From contig OZ116705.1 of the NCBI GenBank assembly GCA_964199315.1, positions 30,832,551 to 30,878,000 of the forward strand: a DNA stretch of 45,450 nucleotides, given 5' to 3'. The translations under genes and the position numbers were made by a program. Below are positions 21,719-34,000 of the stretch, in pieces. This DNA comes from Orbicella franksi. Lineage: Eukaryota. Within the stretch, counting starts at the first letter, position 1. Every line of letters starts with the position of its first letter. Under the pieces are notes generated by a model. It had not been told where the DNA came from and searched no databases. It saw only the letters and a program-made list of their open reading frames with translations.

Positions 21719-21937
21719 TTTGAAAGACCACAAGTTTTACTAACCTCATATAATCGCAACAATTACAGGTCTGCACATTCACAGAAGTTCCTCTCGTTCA
21801 AAGTGCTGATGCAATACACATGTGGTTTGTTTGGCGCCAAATCGCCGATATGCGAAAACCAACTTCTTCGCAGTAATAAACGGATCCAACTCTCCTTTTG
21901 CTCGACCAATCGTCGAAACTGTTTCTCCAAATCCAAT

Positions 21938-21955
21938 ATCCGGCTCGAAGGACCA
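21938..21955 (-). other. Primer-binding site complementary to the tRNA-Tyr 3' end
   Basis: TGGTCCTTCGAGCCGGAT directly after the 5' LTR. Eukaryotic tRNA-Tyr(GUA) ends ...ATCCGGCTCGAAGGA-CCA. Confidence 0.85.
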
Positions 21956-22138
21956 TGAAAATGAATGATTTATTCCATAAACGCAACAAAATTTATAACA
22001 ATATTCATCTGCTTTTCGACCCGAACGTCCAGCTCACGTTTCTTCGTTTACAACATGTCATCACTCGGACCTAGTCTCCACTCGGTAAATAGGCAACGCG
22101 CCTTACACAAAATGAACACAAAATTTCAGTTCGGAACA
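21956..22138 (-). repeat. 5' LTR of the BEL element
   Basis: Direct repeat of 16136-16318, followed on minus by the PBS. Confidence 0.97.
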
Positions 22139-24043
22139 GTTGGAAAACGAGAGCTCTAGGAGTAACCATTTTGAAATAACAAAGGAAATAACCGAATTCT
22201 GCCCATCCGGTTTCACTGCACAGTCTGCATCTATGGCACATGCTTGAAATGATTGCTCCCAGAGCTCTCATTTTCCGACCGCTGGTCAAGGGGAACGAAG
22301 ACTCTGGGAATGAGATTGTATGTGCCCCAGATAAAAATCTCTATTTATGTATTTTGATTTACAATTTTGATGGAATGTAACATAAACTTCATGAATGGCA
22401 GACGAGGATTATCTAGTCAGATCATTTGAGGAGAGTTCTTGTCAAACAGTTATCACTCAATTTGATCTAGTTTTTCTATTGATTCTATTAAAAAAGGAAT
22501 ATTCAATTCCTGGTACCAACACTTTTCAGGGAACAGAAGGTGTAAGGCAAACTGGCGTCACTGCATTCGGTTATGTTTTGTTGCATTCTGTTGTACCTTT
22601 TGTGTAATGAAGATTTTAATTTTTATTCTTATTTTATTTAAAATACAATATTGTAAGAAATATACTCAAAATATAGAAACGATATCAAAGAACTATTATA
22701 TGTGTATTATGGCGTGTTCAGTTTATAAGTCTTCATGCTATAAGATCAAATGTTATAAAATGATGTATGACTATTAAATTATTATCAATAATATACAGAT
22801 TATCAGAATTGTATATACATAAAACATCCCCCATATCTAATGTAATGTTGAGTTCTTGATGGGGAAAAGGTCTCTTCTCTGTTCATACATGTTTATAAGT
22901 ATTTTGAATGTATGATATATTTTTTGTTTGTGTCTCTAAATTAGTTATGTTAGACATAAGAGTGAAGTTCTGGTTCAATTTGTGTTGTCTTCAAATGAAA
23001 CAAGTTATTTTTTTACTAAGAAACATGACTGACCAGTAGCTCAATTATTTTTTTCTATTTTCCCTGTTCATTGGTATTACAGGCATATAACTTTATGGTA
23101 TGAAAAAAAAAATAGCAGACTGTATTCTTGAATGATTCTTTGAATTTTGCAACACCTTCAAAGTAATTTATGAAGAGAATCAAAACTTACTATCAACGCT
23201 TAAAATGAGAAACTATGATATTCTATTTCAAAGGTAGCTCAATACTAACAATATCTAAATTTTGTCAAAGTATTGTGTCAACCTTGTAAAGGGCTACACT
23301 TTTAGTTATGAACAACATTAACACCTAACATCCTTATAGCATAAAATGTAATTTATGTTGTGTGTGTTTTTGAGTGACTTCATTATCCCTTAGAAAGGTG
23401 CCTAACTAAAAATTCAAACAAGCTGTTTATGAATATGGTCTTTATAGAGTTAAAATTAAAATGAAGCTTTCTCCCAAAAATACTAGAAACTTGATTATTC
23501 TGTTATTTTTTATCTTAATGCAGTGGAAAAAAATAAAAATCCATAAGATTATGTTTAAAGGACAGCGTTTGCTCTGTTACTTCTTTGGTATAATTTCATG
23601 TCTCAATGTCTCCAACTAACAGATTATGGCAGCCCCAGGATGGGTTTTAGCAATTAAGTCTTAACACATTGAATTCATGATTTGTTAAAATGAAGTCAGG
23701 GCTGCCACAGGTCAGGCAGGAAATGGTTGAGAAAAAAATTCTTCGAGGTCAGTGAATCTCATTTTGAGCCAGGGAAAATTGATTTAATTTTTGAAGTAAA
23801 GTCAGGGAAAATTGAAATAATTAATGGCTGATATTTAAAATTCCATTGAAGGCTGGAAGAAACATTTGTGGTCACCGTGATCTCAACGATATTTGAGTGG
23901 AAATCTTTCAAACCGAAACACCCAGCCCACCAGAACCCACGATTCCTCAAAATCTTGGAACACAGTAGGCTTCAACTGAAATGTGTTAGCACGCATTACG
24001 AACCTAGCTTTCCCAACTTACTGTACTCAATAAAATTGGTATA

Positions 24044-24423
24044 CCGTAAATCCTCGAATTAGAAAAAGAGGGCGCTTATTCGAGGGGAGCGCTTAATCGA
24101 GGGGGGCACTTGTTTAATTTTTCCCAAATGGTGGCCTGACATGATCATTTTTTTCAATACACCATCTGCGCCCTATCGACATAAAAAGCTGATCCTAAAG
24201 TTTAAATCGCGGCACCGTTAGTACTTAACGTGTTCACAAACTGAAACAGTGTACAAATCCAATACTACATGGCGAAAACTATACATCCTTTGTTGTCTCA
24301 GTACTCGTCCACAAAATGGGGGGAGGGGAAGGGGCGCTTATTTCAAATTTTGGCCGATAGGAGGGGCGCTTATTCAAAGGGGGCGCTTATTCGAGTGGGG
24401 GGCGCTAATACAAGGATTTACGA
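24044..24423. mobile_element. Tc1/mariner (pogo-like) MITE
   Basis: TA|CCGTAAATCCTCGAATTA ... TAATACAAGGATTTACGA|TA, with subterminal GGGGCGCTTATTCGA repeats. Confidence 0.75.
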
Positions 24424-24706
24424 TATTTCAAAGAACTAAAAACTCTGCACAATCGGGTTAGGTTGAATCACGCCATTCCCATTTCTTTCTGAAAACTTTG
24501 AGTATGTCGTACAAACTACGTGTGGCTGGGAGCAAATCGCCAATTTCCTAGGCAAAAAGGTGTTCAAAGCGAAACAAAAACTTCCAATGTAAGCACACAA
24601 TAGAAACAAGTCTAAGCAATTAAAAGCAACTGTTTTATTGTTGTTTGAGTGTTGCCGAGGTGATGTTTACTTCGCTACGCAGGATTTTACTCAAAGACCC
24701 GTGAAA

Positions 24707-24714
24707 TGACGTCA
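24707..24714. promoter_or_regulatory. Full CRE palindrome TGACGTCA upstream of the OFCC1-like gene
   Basis: Exact octamer about 300 bp before ATG 25018 in a CpG-retaining region. Function not shown. Confidence 0.35.
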
Positions 24715-25017
24715 CAGCACAGGTGCTGCGCGACAGAAACCCATATTTCTTTGCGTTATTCTGGCGAGATTTGCGTTAGATTTTTATCGATTTCCTTTTA
24801 ATTCTGCTGCCACGAACCGATCTCTGAAGCTTCCCGGCAAGAAATATTTGTGGTTGTAAGGAACTGATTTGGATTTGACTCTGGCTGTTGGGAATTTTAT
24901 CTTGTTTATAAAAGCGGACTCCAGTCGTATCGATCTACTCGTTTCTTGTGGTTTGATCTAAGCTAAATGTTTTGGGGTTTGGAACTTTGAGGTTTGATTC
25001 TGTGACCTCCTGTCAAG

Positions 25018-28000
25018 ATGAGTGAGACGACATCTTCTGGAAAAGTCGAAGAGGATGAACCAAACCCGACCGATTCCATCGCAGAAGAAGGACCAGCCGG
25101 TCAAGTTCGCGTTTTGAAGAAGGGAAAGAAGAAGGGCAAAGGGAAAAAGCGTAGAGAATCCGTGGAGTCTAAAGACGAAGAAGGCGACGACGAGGAATTT
25201 AGTACTTCTCGTAAGAAGAAAGGAAAGAAAAAAGCAGCTCCTAAAACGAGTGTTTCCACCGACATTCAGCCAGAAGTTGAAGCTACAAGCGAGAGTAAAC
25301 AGTTAGAGGCTGCTGTCACTGTAGATGAAACACCGAAAGAGACTGTCATAGAGATACAGGGAGAAGACAAACGGCAAGAGGAACTGGAGGAAATTGTTGT
25401 AAAAAAGGAATCGACGTTGATCGAAGGGGACAACGTAGTTCAAGAAGAAGGAGACTCCGGCGAGGGTAGCGGGGAAGAGAAGAAAGATATAGAACAAGAG
25501 AAAGTTGGCGAAGAAGAAGCGAAGGAGAAGGAGGTTGCAGAGGTTGTGTCTGAAGTGGAAGGCGCTACTGTGCGTAGAAGAGCAACTCTGTCTGATTTAA
25601 GAAGTGAGAGTGTGGACAAAGGTGATGGAGAACAAGCTGTATCTACAACTGCAGGATCAGAGGTATTAATTTCTCCTGTATAAAGTTGTCTAATGAGTGA
25701 TTCACTTGTAACAATCACAGTCCGATCTGTGTTAGACAATCTTTATTTCTCTTATCGCAAATCACACATTAATGCATTCTGATGTGCTCCTAGCAACTGC
25801 TCTCTACACTCTCGCCCCTGCAATACAGACATCTGATTAAGGTTAAGGTAAAACATATATTCAGTCAGCGGGGGACCTCTTGAAATTATGACATGGAGAG
25901 GCTTGAAATTCAGATTAGGGACACACTGTAGTTCACCAACCCCCTCTCCCCTCCAAATAGGGTCTCATTACACTTCTTCAGTGGGGAAGTTGAAAAAAAA
26001 AATCCATTCCAAATTTCAAGGGAGTGGTGGATTTCAAAAACCAAAATACTTGAAGGAAAGTGTAAAATTCAAATGGAATTTCTGGAGGGGTGGGAGAATT
26101 TGAACTAAAATACCTTCTGTGGGTACTGGTGGGGAGGGAAGAAGGAGTGGGGATTTTTTTTCCTGGTGTAACATTTTGTGCATTTTCTTGTGTGCTTCCT
26201 TGATTATATTTCAAAAAAAATTCTTCTTGCAACTGAATGTCAGATTTTCATTTACTCCAGGAGCTTGAGGCTGTGAAAGAAGAAGGAAGTGTAGCACAAA
26301 AAATTGATGTTACATCAGAGGACAAACAGAGCACTGAAGATGAAAAAGACAGAGATACAAAGGAGGATACAAACATTGTTGGTGACGATGGAACAGCTCC
26401 TGAACAAAAACAACTTGAAGAGAAACCTGATGGAACAAATGTTGATAAATGGGAGGAGAAACCTGACGTGGTTGCTATAGAGATGACTGACAGTGTAGAA
26501 CATGTTGCAGTGCCTGTGGAGGAGGAGGCCAAAACTGAGAATGTAGAGAGTGGGGAGGGAGAAATCAAAACTGAAAGTAAAGAGGGTGAGGAGGGAGAAA
26601 TCAAATCTGAGAGTACTGAGGGAGGGGAGGGAGAACCTAGCCTGGAGGGAACTTTGCCACTGACTAGTGAGGCTATAGTTACAAATGAAACAGAGACTGG
26701 CACGCATTACTCCAAGTACGAGATAGATGATGAGCTGCCGTGGGCAATGTATCGTTCAATGGATAGTCCTCCCCAGAGGACCCCTGTTGAGGAAGATGAG
26801 GACTGGCCAGCATCAGATGAGGAAGAGGATTATGGTAAGTTGTTTGAAAGCGTTCTTTTCCTTTTGGCTTATTTTTGTGTTTGTTAAAATTCGTACAAGT
26901 CATGTAGTCTTCAATTTTTGGGTTACCGGTAACTTTCAGTATAGAGGCTATTGGTCAGTGTTTACAGACAGTACCACCTTTTCTAGTACACACTTTTTTG
27001 TAAACAAATTGCACCTTATACAGTGTACTTATTTGCAGTGTTTTACTGTAGATGGTAACATGGTTAATAGAGGGAACTGGTAATGAAGTGTGGCAAACAT
27101 CAAAGGAGCAAACAAAGATGCCAAGATTTATGTTGCAAGGTCCATGACCATGTACAATCTTTTGTTTTGTGCTTTTACAGTATGCATGAATTATGTAGCC
27201 AATGTGTTTCTCTTGGTTAGTTCCTCAGTATGGAATAAACAACTGTTGCAAAGCGAGCAAAAACATACAACAAAGAACTTTGTTGGGTTTCATAACCATT
27301 CCACTCTATTAACTATGGTGGTGATTTAAATCTTGTACTTGTCTATACTCTTACCTAACTGAGCTACATTGGGATTCTCTCAACTATCCCCTGATGTGTG
27401 AAACACGTATTCGCTATCAAAGGGAGGCACCATCATCAAACAGCATTGACAGGGTGGCCAACCTCATACTCAGAGTCTTTGTTCCCCTTTACCAGTGGCC
27501 AGGAAATGAGCAGCCCTGGAAAGATTCAATTTGAAGTCAGAAAATATGGAACTTCTGGTTAAATTGTGCATGCCTACATATAGCTGACAAACACGTGGCT
27601 CAGTCTAGATGTTAATATTTTGCTGCACCCATTTCCATTGTTTTGTTAAAATCAATCAATATCGAGCCTGTAACGAAACTCTTGAGAGTGGCTTGTTTTG
27701 TCAAGTTTGCACAGAAAGGAACAAAGATTTGAGGAATAAGATTGACAGGTTGCAAGAAAGCCATGGGTTTGGTTATAGTATTGTGTCATTGTTTTTTTTT
27801 TTATATTAGCTCCTCCCAAGAATGAGGACCTTCCAGACCTGGACATGCTGATGGGAACATTAGAAGGTGGGGAGTCTGAGCTGGAGACGACTGCATCACC
27901 ACCACCTCTTGTACTCCCTGAGGAAAAACATGCAAAACAGCGCCGTATCGAGGAACTCAAGCAGGGCCTGGCTAACGAGCCAATTGACCTTTATGATGAA

Positions 28001-31000
28001 GATTTTGAGAAAAGGATGGAAGAGGAAATCCTCATGGTTGGGAATATTTCATTAGAGATGGTTCAGGTACAACTTGTATAATTATAGTTTTGTTTTATTC
28101 TCTAGTTGGGCAGATCTACAGTCCAGACCACAAGGTTTAGATGCACGCTTTCTTTTTCTAAATCTAATTTTTGTCCAGTCTTACATGTAAGATGACCTTC
28201 AGTTATGTGAACAGAAATCACCCTTCCAAGGTCCGTCACCTCACCCTCTGAATACTGCTAAAGTTTATAAGCTGTGCAAGATGTGTGAGACATATTTGAT
28301 GTGTGGTGCTACACAGTGCAGTAAAGGTGCTGGAGCTGACTGATCATTCATGGTCACTAAGGGTGATTTGCAGCTAAATTCTCCACACCATATCCTTAGA
28401 TAATCAACATACAGGCTATGAGAATCATGGAAATGATTAAATCAGGGACATTGTTTAATAATTGTTGTTGTTTATCAATTTGTCCAAAGTTGTTCTATAG
28501 TAAGAATTGTATAGAGACTATGATAGGGACTTGCTATGTTTATGCTGGAACTTTGAGTAGTACATGTAAGCTAGAACAAAGCTCTGCTTGCAAGGCTTAT
28601 GCAATGTTTGTTTTTCTTCCATCTGTGTAGGAAGAGGAACGACGTCTGCGAGATGAGCATATTGCATACCAACAACAGCAGGCCAAGGTACAACGTGAGA
28701 GGCAGGAAGATATATTAATGAGAGAAGCTAAAGCTCGGAAAGAAGTCATGAGGGTGATGAGGGAAAAACGCAAGCGTCTGCAGCAAAGAGAGGTAGGCTT
28801 GACAAAAACTGAATCATTTGTTTACTGTGAGATAACATTAGATAAGCCTACTGATAAGCCCTGTTAGTCAATATGATGGTAGATCTGAACTGGTCAGCTG
28901 TGAGTGTTAGCATTGTTAGTTTAAATTATTGCATGATGGTAATGTGAAAATTTATATTGTGGATTGAATGAGTGAAGTGAAGAGAAAGAAGTGTCTTGAA
29001 CATTTTCACAACATACAATGTATATAAGACAAATGAATATTTTTTACCATGTACTTAGACATGCATGTAGCTTCAAACTTTCCATCTACAACTTTTTGCA
29101 TTTTTTATAGCATTTTATCTTTGAGATTTTCCGTGGATTTTATATTCTACTTTTGTTGGAAATTCTTAGGATCTTATGATGCAGCAAGATCGACTGATAC
29201 AGAACAGGATCCACCGAGCATTCCGCAGAGCAGAGGAACAGTTGCTGAAAGCACTGACAGCTAGGAAAGGGGAAGTAAAGGTGAGAGTGCTGAGTAATTG
29301 CCAGACAAAGAGAGCTCAATTTGTTTCAATTTCAAATTGAGTAGGGAAATAAATTTGTGGTAAGTTTAACTTGATTTAAGGCTTCCTCTACACTATGCCG
29401 GAGGAATTTGAAAATGGAGGTTTCACTGCGTAGACACATCAAAATTAAGGTTTTATGTCCACACTACGCTGGAAGAATTTTAAAATACAACAGTCAGCAG
29501 TCATTTTGGGTTTGTGTTTGAGGAAAACTCAGGGAAATCACATGATTATTGTGAAGCCCCCACTCGAGGGCAAGGAACTAAGCTTGGTTTTCGAAAAAGC
29601 TCCATTTTCAAAAGGTTTTTCATCCACACAAAAACGAATTGCCAACATTTTCAAATTCCTCTGGTTTGAAGAGCATTTCCAAATGCTCCGTTTTCATGAT
29701 GAATTAGTTTGGATGGTAGGCTTAACTGTAGAAATAAAGCTGTGTTTTCAAATTTCTCTGGCATAGTGTGGACACTGCCTAAAACTGGATTTTATGGTTA
29801 ATGTGAACTTGCCTTATTTTTCAAAGCCTTTGATTGACGTTAATGTTTTTCTCCAGGCAATGTATGGAGATTTGATGCTGGCTGATGGTCAATATGGTGG
29901 AAGCAAAGGACGTCGCTGGAAAGTAGATTGGAACAGAACGCCACAGCCAATCCAAATCAAGCTCAAGTGTCTACGAGGTGTCAAGGACAAGTTACCAGGT
30001 TGAAACACATTTCTGCTGCTGTCTAACATTGACTAATATCATTCAAAGTGACATCTGTATCTCCATGCACTTAAGATCAGAGGATTGTATTTATTTGTAA
30101 CGCTTATAAGATTGACACTTAAAATACACTGTATAGCAATCTGGATGAAGTTTAGTTACAGTAAATTTACCTATGATATATATCTTAGGTTTCAGATAGA
30201 TTGTAAATCTTTATGAGTTCATTAGCACATTAGATCCTTTGATAAATGACCCCACAAGCTTTGTACATGTAGCTTTGAAAACTATCGTTTTAAAATAAAG
30301 GTTGATTTTATTTCTCCTTATCTATACAGTCGAGCAGACAGGTCAGGAGAATTTAGCAGTGATCTCCAAAGAGAAATTCTCACTTTTGATATGTGAACAA
30401 ATTCTCTCAACTAGTTCTATAACAGATGGTTACGAATTTGTTAGGAGAGTTTGTATGATATCACTCAGCAAGCTTCTCACCAGAAGGGTGTCTGATAGAA
30501 AGTTGGGAAGACAAAAATCTTTGTAAGACATTAACTTTTCAAGGCCTAGCTAAATGTCTCCAGCATTGATTTGGCTGCATCATGAGATAATTTTTGTTCT
30601 TCCTGTCTTTCTCCAGGTGGTCGTTATGTTCTTATGGTGTCTCTGTATGATCGTCTTGGCGGCCATGTTCTCAAATGGTCAAATCTAAAAGGTCAGCAGT
30701 GGGGTGGGGCGACATTGCCACTTCAACATGACGGAGAGTTCTTTAATATAGAAATCAAGGTGGGTCTGCTTAAAATGTAGTGTGTTTTAATAACATGTGA
30801 CATGCTAGCAAAACCAGCAAGGAATTATGTGGCTTCCTCTCTAAATACTGTATCTTATTATTTACTGGATTGTTAATTTTTTATCAATAATCACATTTCT
30901 TACTGCTCTCTGTTTCCAGATTGACCAAAGTGTGTTTACAGTATGTCCATCCAGGCCTGGTGTTCGCCCCGGCATGATCCTGGTCTTTGAGCTGTTTATC

Positions 31001-34000
31001 CTCAGGGGGAGTGTTACAGCCACAGACAGGGTGGTAGGGTGGGGATGTTTTCCCATTTGTGATGGAGAGTTCAACATTGTTGATGGAAAGTGAGTACATT
31101 TCAGTTCAAAGCCTTTGCTTGACGGGAAGTTTCATTTTATGACAGAACTGCATTTCCTACATTTACTTAACCAACTGTTTTAATATTGATTTCAGGTACA
31201 AAGCCCCTTTTCTTCGAGGAGACATGGATCCCACCATTGACAAACATGAGAAGATTGAGGAACTGATGGCTGATGATTTAGAAAACTGGTTGTGCAACCT
31301 GTACTTTGAGATTGTCAAACTTCCTCGGTAAGACACATAAAAACAGATTAACAGCTTGATTGTTTTCGAAGTGTTTAAACAACACTAGCAGAAAATTGAC
31401 CGAGGGAAATTACTAAAATGTATTTATGCCATGAGAATTTATGGTTCGGATACAAAATTCAAAAAATAGAATTCAGGCTATAAAATGTTCAGGTAAATCA
31501 CTTATGTGAAAACCTACTTCTTGGTGTTGAAAACCTGCGAAGAGAACTCTAAATGTGACTGCGGCGCTTAGTCATGTGACTTCTAGCGGTTTGCCATTTG
31601 AGGTTTCCACTGAAAACCTTGGAGCTAAATGTCACTATTGCCTCTATTAAACCTGACCTGAATCCCGCCCAGGGGATATACATTGTAGCAATACTCCTGG
31701 TTACTTCAACCTGAGGAAAGTAGACATCTGCAAAAATGTTGCTAAGTGTTTAATGGCTTATTTAGCATGTTTTATTATATGGCTTGTGTTTGTAGCTACT
31801 ATAATGCACACTCTGATTGGCTAATTCTAGGGCAACTTAATTATTCTTCTGTAATACCCACAGTTCGATTACAGTCCTGCAAAAATAAAGCAAAAAGCCA
31901 TATAATGAACAACTTATTAATCTTGAACATTCAGTCTTTCTGGGAACATCTCAAACCTTTGCTTTGCCATCTTGACCTCGCTATTGCTTGGTCAATACGG
32001 CAAGGTCTTGCTTTAAAACCTCACTCTCAGTTATTAAGTAGTTAGTAAAACAGTGCTGTTATTTTTGTCTAGGTATATGGCAGGCCAGAAGGAGTATGAA
32101 GTTGAACTGCAGTTTACGTCAGGGATTCTCAGCTATCCATCACGTACAAACATTGATGAAGAGAACATTGATGGTGAGGAGCCCATCTTTGGTTCAAGGA
32201 TGGATCTCAAGTCCCCATCTCCCTCCAGCAGCCGGCGTGGTAGTAGAATCAGTATGGTGGGGTGAGTATGTGAATATCTTCACCTTTACTCATTACTGTA
32301 TTTCACTGTGCAATAATAATATTCTGCTGTCTAAAGATAATCAATTGGAAATTGATGACTGTTGGAGGCTTAGTGGACAAAGGGCACTCAGTCCTTGAGG
32401 CAGTTGCAGCAATGAATATTTAGTTACAAGCGTTGTTTTAAACAAATAGATTCCATGTTGCATACATACATACATACATACATACATACATACATACATA
32501 CATACATACACTTTATTTCAACTTGAATTATCGGAGTAGCTCTATTGAGCTAATATCTTTGAGAAAGAAAAAATACGTAAATCAATTAAATGTTATGGTG
32601 CATCTGTTCAGTAATGGATCACGGATGACATCAAAATGTGGTAAGAACATATTATGTCAGAGTGGCACACAAGCTGTTAAGTGAGTGTGTTGCTGATGTT
32701 GATATCACATTTTGATGTCTTCTATTACTGAATGGACACATTGCAACATGGAATCTTTCTGTTTTATGTAATAGGAACCAAAAAAAAGGTTAATGACATC
32801 ATGTATGCATCTGTCCTCCAGTAGATCATAAGTACATATGACAACCAATCAAAATGCAAGGATAATTTGACATATTATAAAAAATATTATATTGTGCTGT
32901 GCCAAAAGAAAACCACAGATCTCTCAGTTGATAGATTTCTATATTCTTGTACATATTCTGTCTGTATTGAGATTTTTCGTTGACTTGGATCATTTTCAGG
33001 TCTAGTTTCTTTGGAAGCACTGCTGCTATTGATACAGCTGTTGAAGAGAAAGAGGGCATGGGTTCTACTCACAATCTTCAGGTGGAGGTCCCAGATGTCA
33101 GAAGAACAGTGAGTGAGAATTTGGGTTCATAATATGTGATCTCTGTACACCTGCCTTGAAGAATATTCTCTCGGTTTAATGGGATACAGGTCATTTTTGG
33201 GAAAAATTAATGAGATAAGGGATATTTTGAACACGTATCTTGGGATATTGAGTAGGAAAATTGCTAATTTTTGAAATTGGAGTTAATGGGATGCGGGATG
33301 GTTAGGCCTTGTGACTGTGAGAATATTCTCTCTTTTATCTCTTAAAGTTTAAGTTATAGAGTTACTGTTACTGCTACTGTCTTAGGATCTTTAACAATGA
33401 AAGAGAACACCTGATCGTTTAAGGGGCAATGCCAGATATTTAAGTATCAGTTGACAAGATAGAAGGCATATTTCTAGCAAGATGTTTGCCGTTAAATTGT
33501 TTCACATAATTATGTCATGCAAATGAGGGAAACTGAAATATGAAATGTTTGAGTTTTGTTAAATACTGCACTGAAAATATGAACTATGGATTGTTCAGGA
33601 AGAAATGGATTGTGAGGTGAAAAAATTCAGTTGCCATTTTGTTCAAGTTTTTTCCTGTGTCTTGGAAAAAATTGCTCAGAACTCATTATGGTTTGTTCTC
33701 TGTCAGTACTTTAAGAGCATAATTTATGTATTAATTTTCTAATAGCAATTAAGCACTTAGTCAAATATTATGTACAGTTTTAATCCAAAGTTGCATCATT
33801 ATTGCAGGGTTTCTCGTTATTTAGCTATGATACATGTATCTGCTTCCTCCTTGTGCCTTTGTTTAAAAACGAGTCGTGGTGCAAAACCTTTCTTGTGAAA
33901 AAAAGATTGATTTGCCTGAAAATGAACCTGTAGGCGGAACTCATTTTCTTATGGATAGTTTTGCACGAAGACTCGTTTTGACAGAGAGGTGTCAATGTCC

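Larger units (their letters stand above)
16136..22138 (-). mobile_element. Full-length BEL/Pao LTR retrotransposon (6003 bp)
   Basis: 183-bp LTRs TG...CA, 5-bp TSD GTTGG (16131-16135, 22139-22143), PBS, PPT, and domain order Gag-PR-RT-RH-IN with three Cys/His knuckles. Confidence 0.97.
16092..22318. mobile_element. About 219-bp TIR MITE (Mutator-like by TSD length) split by the BEL element
   Basis: Removing 16136-22143 restores an about 70-bp TIR pair CAATCTC(G/A)TTCCCAGAGTCTTCGTT(C)...GAGAGCTCT. Flanks TATGTGTCC (16083-16091) and TATGTGCCC (22319-22327) form a 9-bp TSD with one mismatch. Confidence 0.8.

Noticed and set aside
24069-24410. CRISPR-like repeated GGGGCGCTTATTCGA units
   Set aside because: Spacing is irregular, there are no unique equal-length spacers or cas genes, and the context is eukaryotic. 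They are subterminal repeats of a mariner-type MITE.
24543-24556. RFX X-box (ATTTCCTAGGCAAA) suggesting ciliary regulation of the OFCC1-like gene
   Set aside because: It mismatches the consensus at both ends, so it is too weak to report.
25303-26707. Ser/Phe-rich minus-strand ORFs (25440-25739, 26248-26703, 26315-26707)
   Set aside because: They are reverse-complement artefacts of the GAA/GAG-rich OFCC1 exons 1-2.
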